This document shows, piece after piece, positions 36,228-51,066 of a stretch of 52,494 nt of DNA. The stretch comes from an uncultured Opitutales bacterium (GTDB taxonomy: Bacteria; Verrucomicrobiota; Verrucomicrobiia; Opitutales; Intestinicryptomonadaceae). Position numbers and translations under genes: made by a program. The DNA lies in assembly GCA_944389915.1 (NCBI GenBank), contig CALXOC010000005.1:1-52494 (forward strand). Reading direction: 5' to 3'. The stretch's first letter is position 1. Every line of letters begins with the position of its first letter. The notes under the pieces were generated by a model. The model was not told where the DNA came from. It searched no databases and saw only the letters and a program-made list of their open reading frames with translations.

Positions 36228-37568
36228 CTACTCTTGAGCGCTCAACATCAAAGAAAGCTTTGATGCCAAATCGCAAACGGCGCATAAAAGCTCGTCGCCG
36301 GTTTTGAGATTTTTTATCTTAACCGAATCAGCAGCAAGCTCGTCAACCCCCGCAATTACGGCGAATTTCGCCCCCAGAGCGTCGGCCTGCTTAAACTGCT
36401 TGCCAAATGACGAGTCCCTAAAAGAGTAATCGCAACGGAATCCCATCCGCCTCAACTCCGATATAAAAGCCAGCGCCCTTTCCCTAAGCCCCTGATTTCC
36501 CGGCGCAATAACCACATAGACATCAGGAGAATAATCTTCCGACGAACCCTTGTTTAGCGCATCCAAGAGATCGGAAACTGTCACGTCTCCCATTCCAAAG
36601 CCGACAGCCGGCATATCCTGGTAGCCGAGCTTTTTAACAAGCGCATCATATCTTCCGCCTCCGGCCAATGCGCGCCCGGTGCCTACAATTTGAAAGGCCT
36701 CGAAAACAAAACCCGTATAATATGCAAGTCCGCGGACAATTCCCATATCCACAGATATGAAATCGGAAATCCCCATGGACTTTAAAAGCCCCATTAGGCA
36801 GCGCCAGTCCGCTATGCGGTTTTCGACCGAATCGGCTATCTCGGCCGATTGAAATTCTCCGAATGCCGCAGCCATTTGCTCTATGGAGGATACTTTTATA
36901 AATTCGCCTATTTTTACGGATATGTCTTCTATATTTCCAGAAGCGGCCCCCAAAGCCTCCTTCAGCAGATCTTTAAAAGTGTCGGCAGAAACTTTGGCTA
37001 TTTTGTCTATGGCTGAAAGCACCGGAATCAGCCTGTCGTCGGCGATGCCCAAATTCTTCAGGAAGAGCACCCACATTGTCCTGTCGCCAAGGCGCAATTT
37101 AAACTCGCCCGATCCGAGCCCCAAAGCCCTTAGCGACTCCACAAGCAATGCTATAATTTCCGCGTCGGCATTGACGGAATCCTCTCCGAGAATGTCGGCA
37201 TTGAACTGGTAAAATGCGCGCAACCTTCCCTTTTGCTGGCGCTCGTAGCGATAATTTTCGCCTATTGCGAACCACTTTACCGGCCTGCGTATTCCGGCGG
37301 CCTTCGCGCCCACCATCCGAGCAAGAGACGGCGTCATTTCCGGACGCAGAGCCACGGCCCTGCCTCCCTTGTCCACAAACTCGAAAAGCTGCAATTTTAT
37401 CTCCTCACCGCTCTTTTCGGTAAACAGCTCGAGCTGCTCGAGAACGGGAGGCTCAAACTCTGCAAAGCCGAAAGAGCGCGCCGCCGCGCGCCATTTCTTA
37501 AATATATAATTCTTTTTGGCGCAGTCTTCGGGATAAAATTCCCTAAAACCTGGGAGCGTCTTAAACAT
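36228..37568 (-). CDS. hisS: Histidine--tRNA ligase
   Basis: PGFREFYP, LRPEMTPSLAR, YRYERQQKGRLRAFYQ, VRGLAYYTG.VFE, GGGRYD, PAVGFGMG. Confidence 0.97.
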   Translation of the reverse strand: MFKTLPGFREFYPEDCAKKNYIFKKWRAAARSFGFAEFEPPVLEQLELFTEKSGEEIKLQLFEFVDKGGRAVALRPEMTPSLARMVGAKAAGIRRPVKWFAIGENYRYERQQKGRLRAFYQFNADILGEDSVNADAEIIALLVESLRALGLGSGEFKLRLGDRTMWVLFLKNLGIADDRLIPVLSAIDKIAKVSADTFKDLLKEALGAASGNIEDISVKIGEFIKVSSIEQMAAAFGEFQSAEIADSVENRIADWRCLMGLLKSMGISDFISVDMGIVRGLAYYTGFVFEAFQIVGTGRALAGGGRYDALVKKLGYQDMPAVGFGMGDVTVSDLLDALNKGSSEDYSPDVYVVIAPGNQGLRERALAFISELRRMGFRCDYSFRDSSFGKQFKQADALGAKFAVIAGVDELAADSVKIKNLKTGDELLCAVCDLASKLSLMLSAQE

Positions 37569-37577
37569 GGCACAAGG

Positions 37578-37931
37578 CTACTTTCTAGCCCTGCTGGCCT
37601 TGCTCTGCTCCACCTTTCCGAGATCGAGATTTTTCAGAGCGGCCTTGAGTTCCTTTCCGGCCTTAAATTTAACTATTGCGCGCTTGGGAATTACCACGTC
37701 GCGATCGGGCTTGGTGGGATTTCTGCCAACGCGCGGTTTGCGCACCTGCACTTCAAGCACTCCGAAATTTCTGAGTTCTACATTCCTGCCTTTTGAAAGT
37801 GAATTGCTTATTATATCCAAAACGCGCTGTACTATATCCTTTACGTCGTTCTGGAGGATATCGCCACGGCGGCACCCTTCATTGTTTTGATATATTTCCT
37901 GGACTATTTCTCTTTTTGTGAGGTTCTGCAT
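37578..37931 (-). CDS. Integration host factor / HU-family DNA-binding protein
   Basis: NLTKREIV, VELRNFGVLEV..RKPRVGRNP, IP.RA.VKFKAGKELK. Confidence 0.93.
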   Translation of the reverse strand: MQNLTKREIVQEIYQNNEGCRRGDILQNDVKDIVQRVLDIISNSLSKGRNVELRNFGVLEVQVRKPRVGRNPTKPDRDVVIPKRAIVKFKAGKELKAALKNLDLGKVEQSKASRARK

Positions 37932-38172
37932 AGCTGTGATATTTTTTTATCTTTTTTATTCTCCGCTTATAGCCCATTTCATTTACGCTTTCATTTGAAT
38001 TGACCTCTTGAGCTCAATTCAGCTATAAAGTAGAGATTGAAGATTGTTTTACGCATCAAAATGTCAACAAAATTTATAATAAAATATTTTTTTAATCTTC
38101 TAATTGCAAAGACGCCAAAATATCTCATTTCAAAAAACTGCGGCCTACCAAAAATTTAAAATAAAAACAAAA

Positions 38173-39771
38173 ATGAATTCAGACGAAACAGACAAAAAAA
38201 ACAGCGAATCCGAAAACCGCCCGGAAAATCCGCTTGACGAGCTGAAAAAACAGCTCGACGGAATTTTTGGCGGAAAAAACATAAAATTTGAATTTGCTCC
38301 TGGAATAAATCCCTCGCAAGGCGAAAACACTGCCAAGGACGAAGACGAAAGCGAAGAAGTTCTGGAGCGCATAAGAAACTTTTCCATGAAGCCGCGCGAA
38401 ATACGCGACTATCTAAACCGCTTCGTCATAAAGCAGGACGAGGCAAAAAAAGTGCTTTCGGTATCGATATGCGACCATTACAATCATGTGCGCAGATGCC
38501 TTGAGAATCCCGAATTAAAAGAGGCCGAATACGGCAAGCAAAACATTTTAATCTTAGGCCCGACGGGGGTTGGCAAGACCTACCTCATGCGTACAATAGC
38601 AAAGCTGATAGGCGTCCCCTTTGTCAAGGCCGACGCCACAAAATTTTCCGAGACTGGATATGTGGGCAGCGATGTCGAGGATCTCGTCAGGGACCTCGTA
38701 AAAACGGCAAACGGAAACGTAGATCTGGCGCAGTACGGAATTATCTACATAGACGAAATAGACAAGATTGCAGGGCGCGGAGACGCTGTCGGGCGCGATG
38801 TTTCCGGGCGGGGCGTGCAGATAAACCTCCTAAAACTCATGGAGGAATCAAACGTAAACGTGGTTAGCCCCCAGGATATGATGGGACAAATGCAACTTGC
38901 CATGAGCGCGCGGTCGGGTAAAAAACCCAAGCGCACAATAAATACCCGCCATATCCTGTTTATAGTCAGCGGCGCCTTCGACAAACTCGGGGAAAATATA
39001 GCCGAGCGCATGAATAAAAACCGCATAGGCTTTTCCGCCGACGCATCGGACTACGAAACAGACATCGATATATCCGACTATCTGAAATACGCCGAAACCA
39101 GCGACTTTATAAAATACGGTTTCGAAGCGGAGTTTATAGGGCGCCTTCCTGTTCGCGTAGCATGCGAAGCGCTTAAGAGCGACGACCTCGCCAATATATT
39201 GGTGTCGTCGGAGGGCTCAATATTAAGGCAATATACCGACGATTTTGCGGGATACGGAATAGACTTCTCTATAACCCCAGAGGCGGTGAGAAAAATAGCC
39301 GACCTCGCACACCGTGAAAAGACCGGCGCGCGCGGCCTGATGACCGTGCTTGAACGCACGCTCAGAAACTTTAAATTCGAGCTGCCTTCGTCGGGTATAA
39401 GCCGTTTTGAACTCGATACAGAAACGGTGGACAATCCCAAAGAAGCCCTAAAAAAGCTTCTCATTGAAAACGGAGACCTACGAAGAGATGCCATGCTTGC
39501 CGATATCGACGCCTTTTCGGCATCTTTTGAAAAATCCGAGGGCTTTAAGATGAATTTTGACGACGGGGCAAAAGAGGCCCTTTTGGAGAGGGCCATAGAG
39601 AGCGATAAGTCAATATCGTCGCTTTGCGCGGAGCTTTTTAAAGACTACAAGCACGGTTTGGCGATTGTATCGCGCAACACAGGGAAGAAATCCTTTTCCC
39701 TAAGCGCGGCGGCTGTCAAGAACCCCGACAAATTCATATCCGACATGGTGGTGGAATCGGTAAAAAAATGA
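38173..39771 (+). CDS. ClpX-like AAA+ ATPase (no N-terminal Zn domain, C-terminal extension)
   Basis: VIKQDEAKKVL, GPTGVGKT, DATKFSETGYVG.DVE, IIYIDEIDK, RDVSG.GVQ..LLK, IGF loop, EFIGRLP, TGARGL. Start set at ATG 38173. Confidence 0.9.
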   Translation: MNSDETDKKNSESENRPENPLDELKKQLDGIFGGKNIKFEFAPGINPSQGENTAKDEDESEEVLERIRNFSMKPREIRDYLNRFVIKQDEAKKVLSVSICDHYNHVRRCLENPELKEAEYGKQNILILGPTGVGKTYLMRTIAKLIGVPFVKADATKFSETGYVGSDVEDLVRDLVKTANGNVDLAQYGIIYIDEIDKIAGRGDAVGRDVSGRGVQINLLKLMEESNVNVVSPQDMMGQMQLAMSARSGKKPKRTINTRHILFIVSGAFDKLGENIAERMNKNRIGFSADASDYETDIDISDYLKYAETSDFIKYGFEAEFIGRLPVRVACEALKSDDLANILVSSEGSILRQYTDDFAGYGIDFSITPEAVRKIADLAHREKTGARGLMTVLERTLRNFKFELPSSGISRFELDTETVDNPKEALKKLLIENGDLRRDAMLADIDAFSASFEKSEGFKMNFDDGAKEALLERAIESDKSISSLCAELFKDYKHGLAIVSRNTGKKSFSLSAAAVKNPDKFISDMVVESVKK

Positions 39772-40549
39772 AGCGAATGAAAGCGGATATTGGAGGAGAA
39801 TCCGGCGACAAATACGCCAACCCCTATTCCCGGAAGCCGGAGGGCGTTAAAAACATGTTTGCGCGCGTTGCAAAAGTTTACGACCCTATAAACCGTGCCA
39901 TGTGCTTTGGGCTCGACATATTGTGGAGAAAGAGGCTGGTGCGAACGCTGCTCCCACCCGAACGCAGAGAATGCGGAGCAAAAATCATAGACGTAGCCTG
40001 CGGCAGCGGCGACGTAAGCCTTGAAACGCTTATAGCATACCCCGCCGCTGAGGTTGTAGGGGTGGATTTCTGCCCTGAAATGCTGAATGCCGCCAAGAGA
40101 AAATTGTCGGGAAGCCCGCATTGCGCACGCGCAGAATTTATGGAGGCCGACTGCGAAAAGCTGCCTTTTGGCGGCGAAAGTTTCGACGGCGCAACGCTCG
40201 CATTCGGCTTTAGAAATTTTAACGACAGGCAAAAGTGCCTGCTTGAAATTTTCAGAGTGCTAAAGCCCGGGGCAGTCATGGCAATGCTTGAAGTTTCAAG
40301 GGGCAGCCCGCTTATCCGCCCCATTCAAAAGCTTTTCATGTGCGGATTTGTGCCGGCTGTTGCCCGCATGCTGGGCGGAGACTCCCGCGATTACAGCTAT
40401 CTTGGCGAACGCGCTATGAGCTACCCTCCAAAAGCCGAAGTGGAATCCATGTTTGCCGAAGCCGGATTTTGCGGCATTAGAACCGAAAGCATGGGGTTTG
40501 GAATGGTTGCTATAACAAGCGCAAAAAAACCGTCCGGAGGCGGGGTGTC

Positions 40550-40553
<4 letters not shown>
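39768..40553 (+). CDS. ubiE: UbiE/MenG-family quinone-biosynthesis C-methyltransferase
   Basis: V..MF.RVA..YD..NR, DVACGSGD, GVDFC.EML, D.E.LPF, AFGFRN, RVLKPG. Confidence 0.88.
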
Positions 40554-45417
<4,864 letters not shown>

Positions 45418-45418
45418 T

Positions 45419-46057
45419 ATGACAAAAAAGCAGAAGGCCTCCATAGTCATGGAAGAGCTGCAAAAGCTCTATCCAAATCCTTCCATTCCCCTAAAAAAGC
45501 GGAATGTTTTCACATTTTTAATAGCGGTTCTGCTGTCGGCGCAATGTACCGACAAGCGGGTTAACGAAGTAACCCCAGCCCTCTTTAATCTTGCCGATTC
45601 TCCCGAGAAAATGTCCAAGCTCCCGCTGGCAAAAATCAGGGCGATAATACGCCCGTGCGGCCTATCTGAAAATAAGTCAAAGAACATAAAGGCGCTCTCA
45701 AAAATACTCTGCGAAAAATTCGGGGGGAAAGTGCCGTCAACATTTGAAGATTTGGAATCTCTTCCCGGCGTAGGGCACAAGACGGCGTCTGTTTTAATGC
45801 AACAAGCTTTCGGCATACCGGCATTTCCCGTAGACACCCACATTCACAGGCTTGCGGCCCGCTGGGGATTGTCGTCGGGCAAAAGCGTCGAGACTACTGA
45901 AGCCGACCTAAAAAGGCTCTTCCCGAAGGAAAAATGGGCCGATTTGCACCTTCAGATAATCTACTACGGGCGCGAACATTGCAAAGCCCACACATGCAAA
46001 AGCCCCGATAATTTTTGCGGGCTCTGCAAAAAATTGCGTTCAAAATGGCGCGCATAA
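45419..46057 (+). CDS. nth: Endonuclease III
   Basis: LIAVLLSAQCTDKRVN, HhH motif LPGVGHKTA, FPVDTHIHR, C-terminal Cys cluster. Confidence 0.95.
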   Translation: MTKKQKASIVMEELQKLYPNPSIPLKKRNVFTFLIAVLLSAQCTDKRVNEVTPALFNLADSPEKMSKLPLAKIRAIIRPCGLSENKSKNIKALSKILCEKFGGKVPSTFEDLESLPGVGHKTASVLMQQAFGIPAFPVDTHIHRLAARWGLSSGKSVETTEADLKRLFPKEKWADLHLQIIYYGREHCKAHTCKSPDNFCGLCKKLRSKWRA

Positions 46058-46932
46058 CAGTCATAACTGGCCCCACATGCTGCGGGAAAAGCGAAGCCGC
46101 GCTAAAGTACGCGCTTGAAAACGATGCCGAAATAATATCGTGCGACAGCGTGCAAGTTTACCGCGGCATGGACATAGGATCCGCCAAACCCGACAAAGCG
46201 GACTTGGCGGCCGCAAGGCACCACCTCATAGACGTCGCGGAGCCAAAAGACGGATTCGATGTGGCCAAATATTCCGAACTGGCGCGAAAAGCCCTTCTGG
46301 AAATATTGGGCAGGGGCAAAAAAGCCGTGGTGTGCGGGGGAAGCGGATTCTATTTAAAAGCCTGGTTCGGCCCTGTTGCCGACAATATAGCCATACCGGA
46401 CAATATCAAGAAGATGGCCGAAGACATCGAAGCGCGCGGGGGCGCGGAAGCCCTGTCGGAAGCCTTGACGAGGCTGGATCCCGACGCGGGGAAATGCATA
46501 GACTTAAACAATCCAAGGCGCACAAGAAAAGCCTTAGAGCGCTGTTTGGCCAGCGGGAAAAGTGTCGGGGAACTGCGGGACAGCTTCCTAAAGATGCCAT
46601 CGCCTATCGGAGACTTTGAAAAGGATCTCGTGATATTGGATCTGCCCGATGCGGAGCTGCGCTTAAGGATAGAATCCCGAGCGCGCGCCATGATAAAAGC
46701 GGGGCTTATAGAGGAAACAAAAAATCTGATACGCCGGGGCTTAAAGCAAAACCCCTCCGCGGCAGCTTCAGTGGGTTACCGCGAAACAATATCATGGATA
46801 GAGCGCGGAGAAACGGACAAAAAAATTTTAGCTGACGAAATAGCAAAAAACACTTTCGCCCTGGTTAAGAAACAGCGCAAATACTTTAAAAGCTTTCTCC
46901 CCGCTGATTATCCGCGCAGAAATTCTTTGTGA
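46045..46932 (+). CDS. miaA: tRNA (adenosine-37) dimethylallyltransferase
   Basis: ITGPTCCGKS, EIISCDSVQVYRGMDIGSAKP, HHLID, GGSGFY, VGYRE, KKQRKYF. Start set at ATG 46045. Confidence 0.95.
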   Translation: MARITVITGPTCCGKSEAALKYALENDAEIISCDSVQVYRGMDIGSAKPDKADLAAARHHLIDVAEPKDGFDVAKYSELARKALLEILGRGKKAVVCGGSGFYLKAWFGPVADNIAIPDNIKKMAEDIEARGGAEALSEALTRLDPDAGKCIDLNNPRRTRKALERCLASGKSVGELRDSFLKMPSPIGDFEKDLVILDLPDAELRLRIESRARAMIKAGLIEETKNLIRRGLKQNPSAAASVGYRETISWIERGETDKKILADEIAKNTFALVKKQRKYFKSFLPADYPRRNSL

Positions 46933-47023
46933 TTTTTTGCCATACCAAATCCATGGCTTATGCCGCCGACCGGCCCAAAATAAAAGAGCTGCAGCGCGGA
47001 AATTGTTTGGCATTGAAAGCTTG

Positions 47024-48796
47024 CTATTTTGAGATTTTGCCCAGCAGTATCTTTACGCATTCATCTGGGGTCTTAGCGTTTTTACAGGCATTCTCCATTG
47101 GGCATACGCCCGTTCCCTTCCTGTTTTTTATATACGGCACAATCGAAGAGTAGGATACCCCAATCCTTGCCGACTTCAACATTTTCAACGCGGGCTTGCT
47201 TATAACTTTAGCGTAAAGCTCCGATATCCCGCCTTTGACAAGTATGGAAGCAGCAGCGCGCCCCACAATCTTGTCGGCCACAAGGGCGCCTTTTAAAAGG
47301 CGCTTCCTGTTAGAGTAAACATCGAGCAAATCCGCTATGCCGGAACGTTCAAATGCGTAAATTTCCCCGTTGCCTATCACGCATGAATATTTGCCGCCGT
47401 CGAATTTCGCCCTGACGTCCCCCATGAGGACGGACCCCTTTTTAAGGTTTCGCACATAAGAATCTATGCGCCTCAATTCGCGCGGTATGTCAATGCGTTG
47501 CGGGCAGTGCGGGGAGCATTGGTCGCAGCCGGTGCATTGGCTGGCTTGCCTGAGTTTCGGCACGGAGCGATCGTAGCCAACCAAGTAGGCGCGCCTGCAG
47601 CGCGCGTAGTTTTCGGCCAATCTGCTTTCCGGAACGGAACGCTCGTTCACGCACTTGTTGTAATGCAAAAGAATTGACGGAATATCGATGCCGTATGGAC
47701 AAGGCATGCAGTATTTGCAATCGTTGCAGGGTATGGTTGCAAAGCTAAGCATGGTTTCCGCAGCGCGCTCAAGAAAGTCAAATTCATCAGGCGAAAGCTC
47801 CCTCAGCGGGGAATAAGTCCTAATGTTATCTATGAGGTGCTCCATTTTAACCATTCCGCTTAAGACCGTCAACACTCTCGGGAAGCTCCCTGCGAAGCGA
47901 AAGGCCCACGACGCCACGGAGCTGTCGGGCGCGCGCCTCTTAAATTCGGGGACAAGCGTGTGGGGAATGCTTGACAGCCTGCCGCCCAGCAGCGGCTCCA
48001 TGATGATTGCGGGTATTTTTCGCTTATCCAGCTCTCCATAGAGATACTCCGCGTTCGTATTGCGCTCGTTTATCTCTTTCGCGTGTTTCCAATCGAGATA
48101 ATTCAACTGTATCTGAACAAAGTCCCACTTGTAAAAATCGTGGCGCGACAACAGATAATCAAATACGCGCACGTCGCCGTGATAGGAAAAGCCGAGGTTG
48201 CGAATGCGCCCGGACTCCCTTTCGGAAAGCAGGAAATCCAAAACGCCGTTGTCTATGTAGCGCGAATTCAACTCCCCCATTCCGCTGCCCAAACCTACGC
48301 AATGAAGAAGCATGTAGTCTATATAATCCACTTTCAATGCCTTAAATGAATTATTGTACATCTTCAACGCCCCGTCCCTGCTCCATGTGCTGCGGTCGAA
48401 ATTCGACAGCTTCGTTGCAATAAAATACTTTTCCCTCTGGTGCCTTGAAAGCGCTATTCCAGTAACCTCCTCCGATTTTCCCTGGCAGTACACGGGCGAA
48501 GTGTCAAAATAGTTTACGCCGTGCGCAATGGCATAATCAACAAGCTCGTTCACGGCATTTTGGTCTATCTGGCTGTTGCCCTCCCTTGCGCTTCGGCCGT
48601 CGAGAGTCGGCCAGCGCATGCAGCCGAAGCCCAGCAGGGAAACCTTTTCTCCGGTCTTCGGATTTACCCGCATAGCCATGTCGCCGAATTCGGGTTTTGA
48701 AGCTTTGCGCGAACAGGCAAATACAGGCGCCGATGCGGCCCCGAGGGATAATTTTTTTAAAAAGTCTCTGCGCCCTACTTTTTGAGATTTGTCCAT
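47024..48796 (-). CDS. Tat-exported aldo/keto reductase with 4Fe-4S dicluster, fused to a C-terminal DUF1893-like domain
   Basis: GRRDFLK signal; LLGFGCMR.P, GVNYFDT, ATKL, IMEPLLGG; CNDCKYCMPCP and CTGCDQCSPHCP; tail GIADLL...VADKIVGRAAA...S.PA...IKNR..TG.CPME. Confidence 0.88.
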   Translation of the reverse strand: MDKSQKVGRRDFLKKLSLGAASAPVFACSRKASKPEFGDMAMRVNPKTGEKVSLLGFGCMRWPTLDGRSAREGNSQIDQNAVNELVDYAIAHGVNYFDTSPVYCQGKSEEVTGIALSRHQREKYFIATKLSNFDRSTWSRDGALKMYNNSFKALKVDYIDYMLLHCVGLGSGMGELNSRYIDNGVLDFLLSERESGRIRNLGFSYHGDVRVFDYLLSRHDFYKWDFVQIQLNYLDWKHAKEINERNTNAEYLYGELDKRKIPAIIMEPLLGGRLSSIPHTLVPEFKRRAPDSSVASWAFRFAGSFPRVLTVLSGMVKMEHLIDNIRTYSPLRELSPDEFDFLERAAETMLSFATIPCNDCKYCMPCPYGIDIPSILLHYNKCVNERSVPESRLAENYARCRRAYLVGYDRSVPKLRQASQCTGCDQCSPHCPQRIDIPRELRRIDSYVRNLKKGSVLMGDVRAKFDGGKYSCVIGNGEIYAFERSGIADLLDVYSNRKRLLKGALVADKIVGRAAASILVKGGISELYAKVISKPALKMLKSARIGVSYSSIVPYIKNRKGTGVCPMENACKNAKTPDECVKILLGKISK

Positions 48797-48814
48797 ATAA
48801 AACAGCCTCCTCTA

Positions 48815-50350
48815 TTATATTGCGTTGTGAACGGTATTGCCCTCCACGTATATTGCGGCAATAGGACGCGCCGGGCACAAATTTTCGCAGGCGCCGCAAC
48901 CTATGCATATGGCCTCGTCAACCACGGGGACCTTTAGGGACTTTATGTCCTCCGGATTTTTTAATACCATGTCTATTGCCCCCGTCGGGCACTGGCGAAA
49001 ACAATTGTCGCACTGCACATTGTCCGTATTTACCACGCATCTTGAAGCTTCATATTTTGCCCTGCCTATTTGAGTGGAGGCTTTCTCGGCAGCGCTTATG
49101 GGCAATATGGCTCCGGCCGGGCACACCTTTGAGCACTCCGTGCATTCCACAGAGCAATACCCGCGTTCATAGCTGATTTCCGGACGCATGAAACTCTCAG
49201 CCGAAGACGACGGCATCAAGACCCCCGAAGGACACGCCGACACGCAAAGCTGGCATGCCGTGCATTTTTCCTGCATATTCGCCAAACTTCCCGCCCCCGG
49301 CGGGACTATTTTAAATTGCCGCTCCGGCCTTGCGCGCGGTTTTATGGGAGCCAGACCGCCGTCGGTTTTAATTTCTTGCGCCCCGGCCGCCGAAGCTCCG
49401 AACATAATAAACAGCAAAGCGAAAAAATTTCTGCGTCCGCCCGATCTCTTTAGGGAAAGAGTTCCGGAGCTTCCACCTAAAATTGCGCCCGAAGTCCGGC
49501 CGCCCCTATCATCTTCTGTTGCCCGCCGCCGGCTCTTTGCGAATGTGTAGGATATAGCCTTATTGCGGCAATTTTGAATGCAATCAAAGCACATCACGCA
49601 ACGGTCGTAATCTATCCTGTGCTCTTTGGCGTCTATGCACTGCCCCTTGCAGTTTCTGGAGCACAAAGTGCACGAATTGCATTTTGACAGGTCTATTACG
49701 GGTTTGAGCAGGGAATATTTTGCCAGGAATCCAAGCACTGTTCCCACGGGGCACACAATATTGCAATATGAGCGCCCGCCCTTCCACGCCATGATTGCAA
49801 CTATCGCAAGGCTTGCAAGGGCCACAAGAAATATTCCCGCGCCGTAAAAACGCACGTCGCTTGTGTGGAAGGCGTAATTGCCGAAGCATTCCGACATCAT
49901 TGCGAGAGCGTTGTTTCCCAAAGCCCATACGGGCGCAAAAACATTGGACGCTATCCTTCCATAGGCGCTGTAGGGAGCAATTAATGCCCCAAATGAAAGC
50001 GCGCCGGCAAAAACTGAAATTAGGAACAGCGTCAAAAATAAAACGCGAAGATAGCTTTTCCCGGGAGCGTACGAAAAGCGGTTCAGATTTCGCATTCCTG
50101 CAATTCGCGAAATGATATCCTGAAGCACTCCCAATGGGCAAACAACAGAGCAATATATGCGGCCAAAAACAATAGTGGCAGCTGTAAGCAGCGCTACAAC
50201 TGCGAAATTTGCCGCAAAAAACGCCGGCAAAAACTGTATTTTTGCCGCCCACGAGAACATTTCCGGCGCAATTCCGCTAAAATCAACAAACAGAAAAGTT
50301 ATTGCCGCAAAAAGCAGCACAGCCATGAGAATTCTTATTTTGCGCAACAT
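48815..50350 (-). CDS. Membrane polyferredoxin (NapH-like plus NapG/MauM-like 4Fe-4S protein)
   Basis: TM helices, GRIYCSVVCPLG, GRSYCNIVCPVG, multiple CxxCxxCxxxCP motifs, PPGA motif. Confidence 0.88.
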   Translation of the reverse strand: MLRKIRILMAVLLFAAITFLFVDFSGIAPEMFSWAAKIQFLPAFFAANFAVVALLTAATIVFGRIYCSVVCPLGVLQDIISRIAGMRNLNRFSYAPGKSYLRVLFLTLFLISVFAGALSFGALIAPYSAYGRIASNVFAPVWALGNNALAMMSECFGNYAFHTSDVRFYGAGIFLVALASLAIVAIMAWKGGRSYCNIVCPVGTVLGFLAKYSLLKPVIDLSKCNSCTLCSRNCKGQCIDAKEHRIDYDRCVMCFDCIQNCRNKAISYTFAKSRRRATEDDRGGRTSGAILGGSSGTLSLKRSGGRRNFFALLFIMFGASAAGAQEIKTDGGLAPIKPRARPERQFKIVPPGAGSLANMQEKCTACQLCVSACPSGVLMPSSSAESFMRPEISYERGYCSVECTECSKVCPAGAILPISAAEKASTQIGRAKYEASRCVVNTDNVQCDNCFRQCPTGAIDMVLKNPEDIKSLKVPVVDEAICIGCGACENLCPARPIAAIYVEGNTVHNAI

Positions 50351-50623
50351 AATAATTTATTCTTTTAATTGCTCTTGCCTGCATCTTTGCATAAACAAAA
50401 ATGACAATCTCTTTTGAAAGGTTTTCCTAATATTGGCATATAGTACTGTTTTGATTATTCGCTATTATACAAAAAACTATTCTCTGTAAATGTTCAATTC
50501 TGCAAAAAAATTGCCAATTTTACACGCACAGGGCATGCGCGCGACAATGCAATCGGCCGCACCTCTACTTTGTTAAACAATATGATTGACTGCAACGCAA
50601 ACAGCGGGGATTAGTTTGGGAAT

Positions 50624-50941
50624 ATGGCTTGGATATATCTGTTAATTGCCGGAATATTTGAAATAGGTTGGCCGCTCGGGTTAAAGTTGGCCCACAACTC
50701 AGACATCAAATTATTTTGGATTTTATTCGCCGTAATTGCCATGGCATTAAGCGGCTTTCTGCTATATCTCGCCCAAAGAGACATTCCAATAGGCATCGCA
50801 TACATTGTATGGACTTCAATAGGCGCGGTTGGAACTTTTATAGTTGGGGTCGCGGCATTTGGAGACGTTCTGAGCCTTGCCAAAACATTTGCCGTGCTAT
50901 TGATACTTTCCGGCGTTGCCATATTAAAACTGTCTCACTGA
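50624..50941 (+). CDS. sugE: SMR-family exporter (SugE/Gdx-like)
   Basis: 105 aa with 4 TM segments. MAWIYL.IAG.FEIGW..GLK, IPIGIAYIVWTSIGAVGT. Confidence 0.88.
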   Translation: MAWIYLLIAGIFEIGWPLGLKLAHNSDIKLFWILFAVIAMALSGFLLYLAQRDIPIGIAYIVWTSIGAVGTFIVGVAAFGDVLSLAKTFAVLLILSGVAILKLSH

Positions 50942-50973
50942 AGCTCCTTGGCTCATAGATGGAAATTCCGGAA

Positions 50974-51008
50974 AATAAAAAAGCTCCGGGCAATACCCGA
51001 AGCTTTTG
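50974..51008. terminator. Bidirectional terminator between convergent sugE and rubrerythrin genes
   Basis: AAAAGCTCCGGG-CAATA-CCCGAAGCTTTT, flanked by A/T runs. Confidence 0.7.
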
Positions 51009-51066
51009 AATTTTGCCATATACTCCGCGGATCCGCTTCCCAAGATCCGCAGGCATATATAACCAT

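Noticed and set aside
50420-50623. Guanidine riboswitch upstream of sugE/gdx
   Set aside because: Expected from context, but I could not find the ykkC core, paired ACGR-loop hairpins or class III consensus. An Rfam scan would settle it.
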